Of a DNA stretch of 64,000 bases, positions 1-12,699 are shown piece by piece. Source of the DNA: Heptranchias perlo. Lineage: Eukaryota. The notes below the pieces were generated by a model. The model worked only from the letters and a program-made list of their open reading frames with translations. It made no database searches and had not been told where the DNA came from. Every line of letters starts with the position of its first letter. Positions within the stretch are counted from its first letter, which is position 1. The position numbers and the translations under genes are program-made. The stretch spans positions 3,038,001 through 3,102,000 of the forward strand of contig NC_090343.1 in NCBI RefSeq assembly GCF_035084215.1, read 5' to 3'.

Positions 1-740
1 TTGCCCTGGGCAGTGGGAGACCCCCCCGCTCTCTATTAGTGACCCCCCCCCCGCCGCCGCCACGGAGTGGTCCCTCTTGATGCGCGTGCACGCTCTTTGT
101 CTGCTCCCCAGCGCGCGCACGAGGCGCCGTCTCCCCCCTCGGAGAGGCCGGGCCGCCGCCACAGTGTGTAAAATAAAAAATAATTTTCTTTAAAAAAGGA
201 GGGATTAACTGTACAATCCGACCGCCAGTGATCGGAGCGGCCGAGCCCCCGGAGGAAGAAGAGAAGGAGGAGACGGCGATTGGGGGGGGGGGGGGGGGTG
301 GGGTTGGGAGGCCTACCCGGCCTGGTGCTGCCCCCGCGGCCTAGCTCCGGCTGCGAAACTCCGAGCGCCGAGGAAGAAGAAGAAAAAGAAAAGGCTTTTT
401 TTTTGGGGAGTGGGGGATATAAAAAAAAAGAATCAGCACAACATCCCGCCCGCACGGCCGCAGGAAGGTTAGTTACCGAGCCCTTACCGGTGACACGGGA
501 TAAAAGGCTAAAGACTGGGGGTGGGTCTGAGGTAACCGAGCGGACGCCCTGCTGCTCTCGCCGCTCCCGCTCGTTTTCCTCACTCGGCAATCATGGCGGC
601 GCTGCGGCCGGCTGGCCGGCGTCCTTACGTCATCGAGCTGCCCATACGTCATCGCGCTCTCCCCACCCCTCCCCTCCCCCCCCCCCCCACAGCCATGCTC
701 TTTCGGCTAGGCGTCATCCGGGAGGGTTGGCAACCCTGCA
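1..740 (-). promoter_or_regulatory. CpG island / promoter and non-coding first exon(s) of an unidentified gene running leftwards out of the window
   Basis: Very GC- and CpG-rich. Minus-strand donors CCG|GTAAGG (exon ends at 488) and CGG|GTAGGC (~317). CRE/ATF-like motifs TTACGTCA (625-632), TACGTCA (~645-651) and GGCGTCA (~710-716). Confidence 0.6.
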
Positions 741-769
741 ACAAGAGCAACAATAACTTGCATTTATGC

Positions 770-1620
770 AGCGCCTGCTTCCACCTCCATTGCATCGCCG
801 CTGAGACCCTCATCCATGTCTTTGTTTCCTCCAGACTGGACTATTTCCAATGCTCTCCTTGGCCGGCCTCCAACTTTCCACCCTCTTGAGCTCATCCAAA
901 AACTCTGCTGCCCCGTTTCCTAACTCGCGCCAATTTAAAACAGAAATAGACAGTTTCCTAGAAGTAAAGGGAATTAGGGGTTTCGGGGAGCGGGCAGGAA
1001 ATTGGACATGAAGCTGAGTTCGGATCGGTCAATGCCCTGTGGGTGGCAGAGCGGGCCCAGGGGCTGAGTGGCCGGGTCCTGCTCCTACTTCTTGTGTTCT
1101 TTAGATTTGAGGTTAGGATCAGATCAGCCCTGATCTTATTGAATGGCGGAGCAGGCTCGAGGGGCCGATTGGCCTACTCCTGCTCCTATTTCTTATGTTC
1201 TTATGTCCCGTTCACCCATCACCCCCCTGTGCTCGCTGACCTACGTTGGCTCCCGGTCCGGGAATGCTTCGATTTTAAAATTCTCATCCTTGTTTTCAAT
1301 TCGCTCCATGGCCTCGCCCCTCCCTACCTCCAGCCCTACAACCCTCCGAGATCTCTGCGCTCCTCCAAATTCTGGCCTTTTGCACATCCCCAATTTTAAT
1401 CGTTCCACGATTGGCGGCCGTGTCTTCAGCTGCCTAGGGGCCCTAAGCTCTGGAATTCCCTCCCTAAACCTCTCCGCCTCTCTCTCCTTTAAGATGCTCC
1501 TTAAAACCACCTTCTTTGACCAAGCCTGTCCTAATATCTCCTTATGTGGCTCAGTGTCAAATTGTGGTTGATAATTTTTACTACATTGAAGGCGCTATAT
1601 AAATGCAACTTGTTGTTGTT
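770..1620 (+). mobile_element. L2-type LINE 3' fragment interrupted by a CR1 3'-end insertion (~935-1205)
   Basis: L2 ORF2 C-terminal motifs (SRLDY; LRWLPV..FKIL) and 3' tail GCTATATAAATGCAA(GTT)n. The insert ends in the CR1 (TTCTTATG)n tail. Confidence 0.8.
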
Positions 1621-1842
1621 TAGGGAAGGAAACCTGCCTTCCTTACCCGGTCTGACCTATTCCAAAGTGGTTGACTCATAACTATCCTCTGAAGTGGCCT
1701 AGCAAACCCCTCAGTTGTATAGTTGTTCAACCGAATGGCTTGTTCCTTCAAGAAGAAGGCCCACCACCTTCTCGGGACAACTAGGGATGGGCAATAAATG
1801 CCAGCCTTGCCAGCGACACCCACATCCCCAGAATAAATAAAG
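1620..1842 (+). mobile_element. 5'-truncated SINE sharing its 3' end with the LINE at 60.9-63.0 kb
   Basis: GGGAAGGAAACCTGCC..CCTTACCCGGTCTG core plus tail GGGATGGGCAATAAATGCC..CCCACATCCC. The same sequence recurs at ~9955, 17505, 42895 and 52455. Confidence 0.75.
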
Positions 1843-2282
1843 AAACACAGGCTAGTAAATCAAAAATACATAAATTGGATATCAGGTGCCCAGGTATCAG
1901 ATTATCTGGTGGATCTCTGGGATCCTCTATGGGCTAGGACCCCAGTTAGAAAGCCCAACCCATAAACACCAGAAGACTGTGCCAATAGAAATCTTACCAA
2001 GTCAAAAGTGCACGCCAACCAGGCAAAGGCGTTAAAATCAGAGAGCCACCCGATGTAGTTGCTCACTCTTAAATGAACTGTTCGCAACTAATAACAGCAG
2101 TCAGTCAACTGTCCAGATTCATTAGGGCCTCTTTATATTTTTACAGAGAGAATACATGATCCAGTCTGATTGGGCCAATCTCTCATAACAGCATGTCCAG
2201 CCTATACCCAACAAAGTCACAGCCTGACGTCTGTGTGTGACAAACAGGAGAGGGTCCAGCTATCCATCTGTAAGTGGGTCTA

Positions 2283-3070
2283 AGCTCGACAACAACTTGC
2301 ATTTGTATAGCACCTTTTAACGTAATAAAATGCCCCAGGACGCCTCACATAGGAGAGCATTGACAGAGTGGTGATAGAAGAATTAGGAAAGTTCACCAAA
2401 TGCACAGCAGACTTTAGGGAGGGAAAGCAGTAGCACGGTGAACAGGGTGAGGGAGTGGGTTCCAAAGGGTAGGACCAAGATGGCTGAAAGCTCTGCCACT
2501 GAGGTGAGGTGTGTCCAGAGAATGGGTACAGGGGAGGGGTTTGTCCAGAGGGAGGGGTACAGGGGAGGGGTCTGTCCAGAGAAAGGGTACAGGGGAAGTG
2601 TCTGTCCAAAGTGGGGGGGGTACAGGGGAGGGGTCTGTCCAGAGAGAGGCTACAGGGGAGGGGTCTGTCCAGAGAGAGGCAGCCACGGTCAGGAACATAG
2701 GGCACAGGCTGGAAGAGATTGCAGACGGAGGGGGAAAGGCCATAGAGGGATCTGTAAACATGGACATGGTTTTTGAATTTGGTGCACTGGGGGACAGGGA
2801 GCCAGGGAGATCAATGAGTACATGGTGATGGGCAAAAGGGTCTTAGCTTGGGTCAGGGTCTGGACAAGTTGAAATTTATGTAGGGTGGAGCTCAGGAAGG
2901 CATTGGAGAAACCAAGTCCAGTAGTAATAGAAGCAAGGATAAGGATTTCAGTGGTTGTGAGGGTGAGATATGGACGGAGGTGAGCAGTGTTACAGAGGCG
3001 GATGTAAGTGGTTTCAGTGATGGATAGGATTTGAGGTTTGAAGCTCAGCTCAGGGTAAAGGGCAGACATT
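2283..3070 (-). mobile_element. Old L2 LINE fragment containing a ~31-bp minisatellite (2510-2680)
   Basis: Degenerate L2 motifs (LRPYL..., RAFSHLGPTLWNPLP) and ACAACAACTTGCATTT tail. Repeat unit ~GTACAGGGGAGGGGTCTGTCCAGAG. Confidence 0.65.
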
Positions 3071-3264
3071 TCTTTCAACTTACTTTACAATTTCCCCCTC
3101 TGATACGTTCTTCTATTTCCCCCCCCTGGTGTCCCAAAGGTGGCAACTCGTGAGTACAATTGCGTGGTTGGACTACACCTCTCTGGAACCTCACCCAAGT
3201 AGCCACCCTTCATTTGTAAGCTTGTTGGCCTATCCAAAACTGAACCTGTCCCAGGGTCCTCATT

Positions 3265-3765
3265 AGAACATAAGATATAGGAGCAGGAGTAGGCCATACG
3301 GCCCCTCGAGCCTGCTCCGCCATTCAATCAGATCATGGCTGATCTTCAACCTCAACTCCTCTTTCCTGCCCTATCCCCATATCCCTTGATTCCCTTAGTG
3401 TCCAAAAGTTTATCGATCTAAGTTTTGAATATACTCAATGACTGAGCTTCCACAGCCCTCTGGGTAGAGAATTCCAATGATTCACAACCCTCTGAGTGAA
3501 TAAATTCCTCCTCATCTCAGTCCTAAATGGCTGACCCCTTATCTTGAGACTATGACCCCTAGTTCTAGACTCTCCAGCCAGGGGAAACAGCCTCTCAGCA
3601 TCTACCCTGTCAAGCCCTATAAAAATTCTATACATTTCAATGAGATCACCTCTCAATTTTCTAAACTCCAGAGAGTATAGGCCCATTCAACTCAATCTTT
3701 CCTCATAGGACAACCCTTTCATCCCAGGAATCAATCTAGTGAACCTGCATTGCACCGCCTCTAAG
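3265..3765 (-). mobile_element. CR1 LINE 3' fragment
   Basis: [19 protein letters not shown]...FTQRVVNHWNSLP plus CR1 3' UTR hairpin and tail. Confidence 0.85.
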
Positions 3766-4054
3766 GGATACACTTTCTAGAGGAGTCATTGGGTAGCAAT
3801 CAGGAGTGGTCGCCGTAGTTGATTTTTTCCCCTTGTTTGTCCACTGCTTTATGTAAAATCAGCTAACTCCACACTAACAAGGCACTGAACCTTGGATCTT
3901 CTGGTCTGTTTGGCTCAAACCACACCTAATCAGCCACTTTTCTAATGGTCCACTGAGCTATTGGCCAGTATGAACAGATTGTAAGACAACACTGGAAGGA
4001 ACTGAGAAAGATGCCAACTCCGTTCTTTTACCCTAAATTCTGTTGCATCACTTC

Positions 4055-4318
4055 ATTACGGGCAGCAGTGGGATGGCCTGTGCCAATTACGGTCATCAGT
4101 GGGATGGCCTGTGCCCATTACAGGCAGCAGTGGGATGGCCTGTGCCCATTACAGGCAGCAGTGGGATGTCCTGTGCCCATTACAGGCAGCAGTGGAATGG
4201 CCTGTGCCCATTACGGGCAGCAGTGGGATGTCCTGTGCCCATTACAGGCAGCAGTGGGAGGCCCTGTGCCCATTACAGGCAGCAGTGGGATGTCCTGTGC
4301 CCATTACAGGCAGCAGTC
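4055..4318. repeat. 31-bp minisatellite (TGTGCCCATTACAGGCAGCAGTGGGATGTCC)n, ~8 copies
   Basis: Direct tandem repeat visible in the sequence. Confidence 0.95.
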
Positions 4319-4729
4319 TGCCTTTGCTCCAATCATTGGATTTCAACAAGGGAATGTCCTTTGTCATATCCAATTTCTTGACTTCATGCATCAAATTATT
4401 AATACCTTAGAGGATCAGATAATTGGATACACAAATGAGAGCATGCTGTTTCTTTCTAATTAAATTTCTGTCACAACGAGCTTCTGCAAATCAATCTCAC
4501 TGGTGATATATCCATAAACTGGAGCTTTGGGCAATATTCTGATATTTCATATTTAACACAAAAAGGCCCTCTCGCTGATAGCATGACCTTCTGTCAGCTC
4601 CACATTGCCTCATCATTTCTTTTACTGGCTTTCAAGTTGCTCAGCAAGTCAAACTGGTTGGAGTCATTATCGACCAAGAGCTCGCTCAACAACCACACCG
4701 TCTCAACATTTCAAGAAAAGAAAGTCAAG

Positions 4730-5070
4730 GAAAGAACTTGCATTTACAGAGTGCCTTTCACTACTTCAGGACGTCCCAAAGCGTTTCACAGCCAATGAAG
4801 TACTTTTGAAGTGTAGTCACTGTTGTTTTGTTGGTAAACACAGCAGTCAATTTGCGCACAGCAAGGTCCCACAAACAGCAATGAGATAAACGACCAGATA
4901 ATCTGTTTCTGGGAGTTGGTTGAGGGATAAATATTGTCCTGGACACCGGGGAGCACTCCCCTGCTGCTCTTCGAATAGTGCCGAGTGATCTTTTACACCA
5001 CCTGAGAGGGCAGACTCACTTGAAAGACAGCACCTCGGACAGTGTAGCACTCCCTCAGTACTGTGCTGAA
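4730..5070 (-). mobile_element. Deu-domain SINE (SacSINE1/AmnSINE1-like), partial
   Basis: Deu-core (…GTGTCCAGGACAATATTTATCCCTCAACC…GCTGTTTGTGGGA…) and L2-like tail. Confidence 0.75.
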
Positions 5071-5262
5071 GAAGATGACAAGAATAATATACATATATAA
5101 GGGGAGAGAAGTATACTGGATGGCAGGCTTAGTCAGCACACCTCTAGAACCAGGTTACAAATATAACTTTGAGTGACAGGGTGAAAGTTTCCTCTCACTC
5201 CTGGCTTTAGGAGACCTACATGAAATGAGTTGGGGCAGTCTCAAGACAGTTGTTGGAGAGTG

Positions 5263-6395
5263 TGGGGTAGAATTAGTCTGGGCGCATTTTGTGGCCCAGA
5301 CTTGGCGCTGCAAAAGAGGCAGGCACCTGAACAGAGCGGCCCGAGGCCGGCCCAAAATTGGGCCTCAGACCTCACCTCCCAGGTGCAGGCCCGACACTTG
5401 TCCCGCTCATCGGTATCATATTTTGTAGCGGGGTCTTTCATCAGGCGTCAAGACCCTCATTAACATATTTAAGGGGCCGGACACCTGTTTCGGGCTCCCG
5501 CCTGGGACGTTTAAACAAAATCTTCTCCACGAGTTTAGCAGTGGGACCAATGCCTGCGGCACAGGCCATCCCACTGCTAAATTGGTACGCTTTGTGTTGG
5601 ATAATTCCTTTACCCTTTAAACAGATTAGAAAAGCTAGAGACAGTGATATGTCTGATAATTCACTTCACTTATTATTGACAAAACATTAACCTTAAACAC
5701 CCATACAGAGCAGCCTTACGTCTAACACTCACTTGCATGGATTTACTGAGAAACGGTGAAGATGGCTTCTCCAAGCCTGTTCTCACTACTGGGTCTTGAA
5801 GGTAGGAAGAGGTCTCTTTTTTCTAAGTAAAGACACTGTATTGATTCTTTGTACCATTTTCTTTATGGGTCTGCTTCCAGCTGGATGCAACACCATCTGA
5901 TGTTTCATGACCACCCAGTTGTTTGAACTGAGCAGCGAGGCCTTCTCACACCGTACTGTTATTTCCTATCATTGCTTTCCTGTAAACAACCTTTGCTGTA
6001 AACCATAGCTTTGCTGTAAGCAACCTTTGATGCAAAGCTCTATAGCATCTTATCGCCTTTTATATTGCAGCAATCTCCTTCTCTTACACTACCCCCGCTG
6101 TAATGAAAAGCCTGTGTTTTAAAAGTCTACGTATTTCAATCTTAATAATTCTTTAAGCTCAATTATCATCCACTTTGCTTATTTATTCGTACATGCCTAT
6201 CTTTACAGTACAATGTACTTGTCCTGAAATTCATCCTCTCCAATGCACCATTGAGAGGAAAAGACAGGATTTGCGAGGACACAGTTTAAACCAATTCTGT
6301 CCTTGTTTGAAATAAAAGTAATGTAAAAACATATCTATATTCTTACACTTTGCACCCATTTTATGCCCAAAGAACGAGCAGAACAATTTCTACCC
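5263..6395. mobile_element. Possible non-autonomous DNA transposon (PIF/Harbinger-like) with short terminal inverted repeats
   Basis: GGGTAGAATT at ~5264 and AATTTCTACCC at ~6385 are approximate inverted termini. The interior is unique, decayed sequence. No TSD was confirmed. Confidence 0.35.
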
Positions 6396-7069
6396 TCGTG
6401 AGTCCAATACATTCAACTGATCATAGCGAGACCACAAGGATGGCCGATGTGGGAATGATGGTGCCGTACAGAGCATTTTTCTGAGAATGGGGCAGCGGAA
6501 AGAAGGCTGTTCTTTACCTGACCTGGGGGAGCTCACTGAGAGTGTAGCAGCAACCATGGAACTACAGCCAGTGAGAGAGACCAGAAACTCAGGAGGGGAT
6601 GGGCGACAAAATGGAGAGGTAACATATCTTTAAATTAGAATTCGTTCCGCTGCTCGAGTTATAAACCCTGACTTGGAGAACACTGCGGATTAAAAAAAAA
6701 TCTCAGCCATCTTTCCTACTGGCAGATTAGATCTGCTTTTCCTTAAGACATTGATTTTGATTTGCTGGACAATCAACTCAACACCAGCTTATCTCTTTCT
6801 GCCACACTTTATCATTTCAGATAATTACTTGTGGTTTGATTTGTCAGGCACCTTCAGTCCTGGGAACAATGAAGTTTTATCTCCATCAATTGCCTCTACC
6901 TCTGACCCTGAATTGCTCACTGTTTAAGCAGTCAGTTGCCAAGGCTCTCCTGCACATCAGCAACGTGCAATCATCTGAGCTTTATTTCATGAGATATGTG
7001 ATGACCTTTCAGCCACGGTATATGTGTGTGTGTGATCATTCACGTGAGTCATCTTTGCCATAACCTCCA

Positions 7070-7390
7070 GGATGCAGGGAGGATGTTTCCCCTGGCTGGG
7101 GGAAGGCCAGAACGAGGGGTCATAGTCTCAGGATACGGGGTAGGACATTTAGGACTGAGATTGAGGAGAAATTTCTTCACTCGGAGGGTGGTGAACTGTG
7201 GAATTCTCTACCACAGAAGGCTGTGGAGGCTAAGTCACTGAACTAGATAGATTTCTAGACACAAAAGGCATCAAGGGGTATGGGAAAGAGCAGGAATATG
7301 GTATTGAGATAGAGGATCAGCCATGATCATATTGAATGGTAGAGTAGGTTCGAATGGCCTACTCCTGCTCCTATTTTCTATGTTTCTGTG
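7070..7390 (+). mobile_element. CR1 LINE 3' fragment
   Basis: RRNFFTRRVVN motif and TTTCTATGTTTCT tail. Confidence 0.8.
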
Positions 7391-7804
7391 TTTCATGCAA
7401 GATCTCCGGGAGGACACAGACTGTAATTCAAGTTCCACACAGTATGCAGAGCTGCATTTATTTCTCAGAGTAAGGCACACAATAAAACTTAAATGTAATA
7501 AGACATACTGAATTTTTATTCAAACAAGAAATGAGCCAGGACTCATTAAACTGGCACGTGGATGCGATTTTTCAAATTGTGGAGTTTGCATATTTTCTGC
7601 AACGGAGCTTTGAGTTGCATCGATTCTCATGTTAACAGACGTTCTAGCGAGTAACTGATCAGCTTCCAGTTTCTACCTTCTCTGTTGGCTGGATGGATGC
7701 TTGAGTTTTACCATCCTACTTAACGGATAAGTATGAACGACAATTTAAAAAAAAGAGCTGAGAATCACATTAAAATATCAGGTGAGTGGACTTCTTTCTC
7801 TTGG

Positions 7805-8195
7805 TGTTAGCCGAGGCTCAGTGGGTCGCACTCTCTCTCGCCTCTGAGTCAGAAGGTAGTGGGTTCAACTCCCACTCCAGAGACTTGAGCACAAAATCTA
7901 GGCTGACATTCCCATGCAATACTGAGGGAGTGTTGCACTGTCGGAGGGTCAGTACTGAGGGAGCGTTGCACCGTCGAGGGTCAATACTGCGAGGGTGCTG
8001 CACCGTTGGAGGGTCAGTACTGAGGGAGCGTTGCACCGTCGGAGGGTCAGTACCGAGGGAGCGTTGCACCGTCGGAGGGTCAGTACCGAGGGAGCGTTGC
8101 ACCGTCGGAGGGTCAGTACCGAGGGAGCGTTGCACCGTTGGAGGGTCAGTACTGTGAGGGTGCTGCACTGTCAGAGGGTCAGTACTGAGGGAGTG
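7805..8195 (+). mobile_element. tRNA-derived SINE head with internal 33-bp tandem expansion (~7920-8195)
   Basis: A-box GGCTCAGTGG and B-box GGTTCAACTCC, followed by (AGTACCGAGGGAGCGTTGCACCGTCGGAGGGTC)n. Confidence 0.85.
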
Positions 8196-8989
8196 CGGGA
8201 AGCAGGGGGAGGGGGGGGGGATGAGATTGGGAAGAGGTGGGGGTGAGCGGTAGCCGGCAATGTTAATGCAGAGCTGGGAGGAACATGTATGGTCCTCCTG
8301 CTCCGCAATCAGGTTAAGTAATAAATTTCACACACAGTTTTTTGGTGGCAGCCTCCAGTGGTCCCTTTAAAGACGCCGGTTTGACCGCTCTGCACCTGGG
8401 AGATCTGTCGGCAGTACGCACGGCGCACACTGGCGCTAACCAATTTCGGGAATGGGCCTGAAACAGGTGTTGGGCCCCCAATCTGCATTGGCAATGGGCC
8501 TGACACCTGTTTCAGGGGGATGCCCTTGATGGCTAGAGGGCACTCTGACCAATGGCGCATGGTGTATACCTGGCCTGGTTTGAGCATGCGCACGCCATTT
8601 TTGATCCTTCAGTGCTTGTTTTCCACCTGAAAACCTGTGCTGCACGATCCAATTTCTAGGGCCAGATGTTTAGTTATGAGAGGTATCGCCTTCCACTCCC
8701 CTTCTCTTCCCAATGGTCTCCCCCAGGCATATCCTGGGTTAGATTCATGGTCTGTGCTGAGTTACCAGATCTCAGGCAAGGCAATGATTAGGCACGTTAC
8801 GTTTATCTTCAATCCCCCGAGCCAGGGAGACATGCTCCTTAATACGATCTTGTGGGACACATGTGAGTGTCAGGTGAGGACAGGAGAAGATCTGCCTGTG
8901 ACTCGGACAATATCACGCAGCAGACTACACGGTGAGAATTATGGGATTTGTCATCGGATGTTACCCCTTGGCAGATTTCTGGCCCTCTC

Positions 8990-9170
8990 CAAAATATACA
9001 CAGGGGCTGTTATTCTCCAAAATATACACAGGGGCTGCTGTTCCCTACAATATACACAGGGGCTGCTGTTCCCTACAATATACACAGGGGCTGCTGTTCC
9101 CTATGATATACACAGGGGCTGCTGTTCCCTACAATATACACAGGGGCTGCTGTTCTTTATGATATACATA
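8990..9170. repeat. 28-bp minisatellite (AATATACACAGGGGCTGCTGTTCCCTAC)n, same family as 55190-56730
   Basis: Tandem repeat visible. The unit matches the larger array. Confidence 0.9.
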
Positions 9171-9573
9171 TATATTATGCTGGGAGTCGGTGTTAAAGTC
9201 CATCACGGACCGGGAACCAGGAATACAAACACTGATATCAGCCCTGCGCGCCCTGATACCGGCCCTGCCGCGCTGATATCTCTCCTGTGCACGCAGACCA
9301 TTTCCCCTTGTTGTTAAAGCACGTTGAGATTTACAGCAGTCTGTGTTTATCCATTCAATGACAACCTGTGAGACCTAAAGTCAGCTGCTGGGACATGACA
9401 CAAAAATTTGCATATCTGACTAAATCAGCCCACACGGTTTCGAGTCAGCGGGCTTTAGAATGCAGGGAGCGGAAGCTCCAGGTTCACGGTGGCAGTTCAA
9501 ACACGACTGGGGTTTAGTCACACTCTGGATTAAGAAGCAAGAATTGGAAAAGTCAAGGCAGCAACGAAAAGCA

Positions 9574-9740
9574 TCAAAGATTTTCCAGAACATTCCGTAG
9601 TTGTTCAAACGATGGCCGTCTCCAAGGATGCTCCTCCCAGCACATCGACATAACACGATACACCTCCTCTGTGCACCCCACTGGACGTTGCATGCGAAGT
9701 CCACACTCCAGGAAGTCAACAGTTTGTGCAAAGGTTAGAC
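9574..9740 (-). CDS. Divergent SrcB-like kinase, last coding exon (GLTFAQTVDFLECGLRMQRPVGC...CWEEHPWRRPSFEQLRNVLENL*)
   Basis: TTTCTTTCAG acceptor. Matches tyrosine kinase subdomains X-XI (M..CW...P..RPSF). Phase matches the upstream exon. Confidence 0.88.
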
Positions 9741-9954
9741 CTGAAAGAAATGAGACATCATTGGAAGTGCAGTGAACAGTGAGGAGGATAGTGATAGACT
9801 TCAAGAGGATATAGACAGGCTGGTGGAATGGGCGGACATGTGGCAGATGAAACTTAACGCAGAGAAATGCGAAGTGATACATTTCGGGAGGAGGAGAGAG
9901 ATTTAGGGGAACATGTACAGAAATCACTAAAAGCTGGTGGACAGGTACAAAAAG

Positions 9955-10248
9955 CTGTCGGATTGTCGTAAAAACCCAACTGGTTCACTAATGTCCTTTA
10001 GGGAAGGAAACCTGCCGTCCTTACCCGGTCTGGGCCTATATGTGACTCCAGTCCCACACCAGTGTGGTTGATTTTTAACTGCCTTTTAAAGGTGGTCTAG
10101 CAGCCACTCAGTTGTATCAAAATCGCTGCACTAGGAAAATTGCAGCAGTTCAAGGTGGCAGCTCACCACCACCTTCTCAGGGCAACTAGGGATGGGCAAT
10201 AAATGCCGGCCTTGCCAGCCCATATCCCGAAAATGATTAAAGAAAAAA
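9955..10248 (+). mobile_element. SINE (partner of the 60.9-63.0 kb LINE), partial
   Basis: Shared core and GGGCAATAAATGCCGGCC tail. Confidence 0.75.
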
Positions 10249-10349
10249 ACACACAAACTTGGGCCAAAGTCGGTTCTGAGAAATCCATGTGCCAATAAAA
10301 ATTCCCATCATGACTTCACACCAAGTGATGCCAAATGAGGTCTCCTTGA

Positions 10350-11232
10350 TATATTGGGACAGACTGTCGCTGTCTGATTGACGTATTGGGACAGACCGTC
10401 GCTGTCTGATTGACGTATTGGGACAGACCGTCGCTGTCTGATTGACGTATTGGGACAGACCGTCGCTGTCTGATTGACGTATTGGGACTGACCGTCGCTG
10501 TCTGATTGACGTATTGGGACTGACCGTCGCTGTCTGATTGACGTATTGGGACTGACCGTCGCTGTCTGATTGACGTATTGGGACTGACCGTCACTGTCTG
10601 ATTGACGTATTGGGACTGACCGTCGCTGTCTGATTGACGTATTGGGACTGACCGTCGCTGTCTGATTGACGTATTGGGACTGACCGTCGCTGTCTGATTG
10701 ACGTATTGGGACTGACCGTCGCTGTCTGATTGACGTATTGGGACAGACCGTCGCTGTCTGATTGACGTATTGGGACAGACCGTCGCTGTCTGATTGACGT
10801 ATTGGGACAGACCGTCGCTGTCTGATTGACGTATTGGGACAGACCGTCGCTGTCTGATTGACGTATTGGGACAGACCGTCGCTGTCTGATTGACGTGTTG
10901 GGACTGACCGTCGCTGTCTGATTGACGTATTGGGACTGACCGTCGCTGTCTGATTGACGTATTGGGACTGACCGTCGCTGTCTGATTGATGTATTGGGAC
11001 TGACCGTCGCTGTCTGATTGATGTATTGGGACTGACCGTCGCTGTCTGATTGATGTATTGGGACTGACCGACTGTCTGATTGATGTATTGGGACTGACTG
11101 ACTCTGTCTGATTGACGTATTGGGACTGACCGTCGCTGTCTGATTGATGTATTGGGACTGACCGTCACTGTCTGATTGATATTTTGGGACTGACTCTGTC
11201 TGATTGACGTATTGGGACTGACTCTGTCTGAT
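10350..11232. repeat. 32-bp minisatellite (ACGTATTGGGAC[A/T]GACCGTCGCTGTCTGATTG)n, ~27 copies, in the last kinase intron
   Basis: Tandem repeat visible. Confidence 0.95.
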
Positions 11233-11639
11233 TCATGCAGCAATTAAATTTGTTTCCTTTTACTCCCATGAGACTTATTGATATTAATCGCTGGAAAGGT
11301 GAAGTATCTATTTCATTTCTTTCTATTGGTTCTTGGGATTTATTGCCCTGTTTGCCTTGAGTAGTTGCCACACACTGCGCCACTGATGTCACACGTAGGC
11401 CAGACTGGGTAAGGGTGTCTGGTTCCTTGTCTGCAGGACATTAGTTGGGTTTTAAACAACAAACCAGCAACTTTCATGATGATTGATCCCCAGGCCAATG
11501 AGGCCAATTGTGAAACCTACTGCTGTCCTGGTGACATCAACTAAATCCTCACAGACCAGCGTTTGAACTTGGGACCCTCCTGGTTTGTACAACTCATTCT
11601 CCTGAACTGACTATTTTGAATGGTCTCTTATGATGTCAA

Positions 11640-12000
11640 ATAAGTATGTCCATCCATACAGATTCCACATCGTGATTTTCCGAGCCAATATCCTTCCTCA
11701 CTATTGCATTGATTTCCTCCTTTACTAACAACGCTACCCCACCTCCTTTCCCTTTTTGCCTGTCCTTCCTAAATATTGAATACCCCTGGATGTTCAGTTC
11801 CCATCCTTGGTCACCCTGCAGCCATGTCTCCGTAATCGCAACTAAATCATAACAGTTAATATCTAGCTACGTTGTTAATTCATCTAGCTTATTGTGAATG
11901 CTCCCTGCATTAAGACACAATGCCTTTAGACTTGTCTTTTTAAGATTGCTAGTCATCTTCGTTTTATTTTGCACTATGGCCCTATTTGTTTTTCGCCCTT
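11640..12000 (-). mobile_element. CR1 ORF2 endonuclease-region fragment
   Basis: LKALCLNAGSIHNKLDEL...ITETW...GGGVAL motifs. Confidence 0.8.
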
Positions 12001-12169
12001 GTGTTTCTATGTATGGAGCTTTACCCAGCACCCAAGTCAATGGTTGGTGCATCGATGGCCAATGATGCGTCAGTGCTGGTTGAGGCTAACGTTGGGCTCT
12101 TGTAGGCCAGTAATTGGGAGCGCAGCATCTCCCAACTGGGAATATTAGCTCCTCGACTTAAAGGCGTCA

Positions 12170-12322
<153 letters not shown>

Positions 12323-12699
12323 TTAATATTTAAATCAGTGAGGGCCAATTGGACAGCTCGTTCAAAGAGCCAGCACAGGCACAATGGGCCGAGTGGCCTC
12401 CTTCTGTGCTGTGAGATTCTATAATTCTATGAATGGCCGCCTTGCCAGTGGATCCACGGTGTGGTGCGTTACTGAGATATATGGGGGTGGATTACGAGGC
12501 CTCCCACCTGGCAGGAATCGGGGCGGTAACACCCTGAAAATGGCGGGCAATGACCTATCGCCCGGTTGCTGTTGTCGCGGCAATGCTCCCTCCTGCCCCC
12601 ACCCCCCGCCCTCATGGGGCCTATCGCTGGCAGCCAGAGCGGCCCCTTGAGTCAAGCTGTAGGGCCCATTTAAAATGTAAATCGGGGTTCCATGAACGA

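Noticed and set aside
36-889. ORFs in the left CpG island
   Set aside because: Low-complexity GC-rich frames with no recognisable domain.
10350-11232. CRISPR-like appearance of the ~30-bp repeat arrays
   Set aside because: Head-to-tail repeats with no unique spacers, no cas genes and a vertebrate context.
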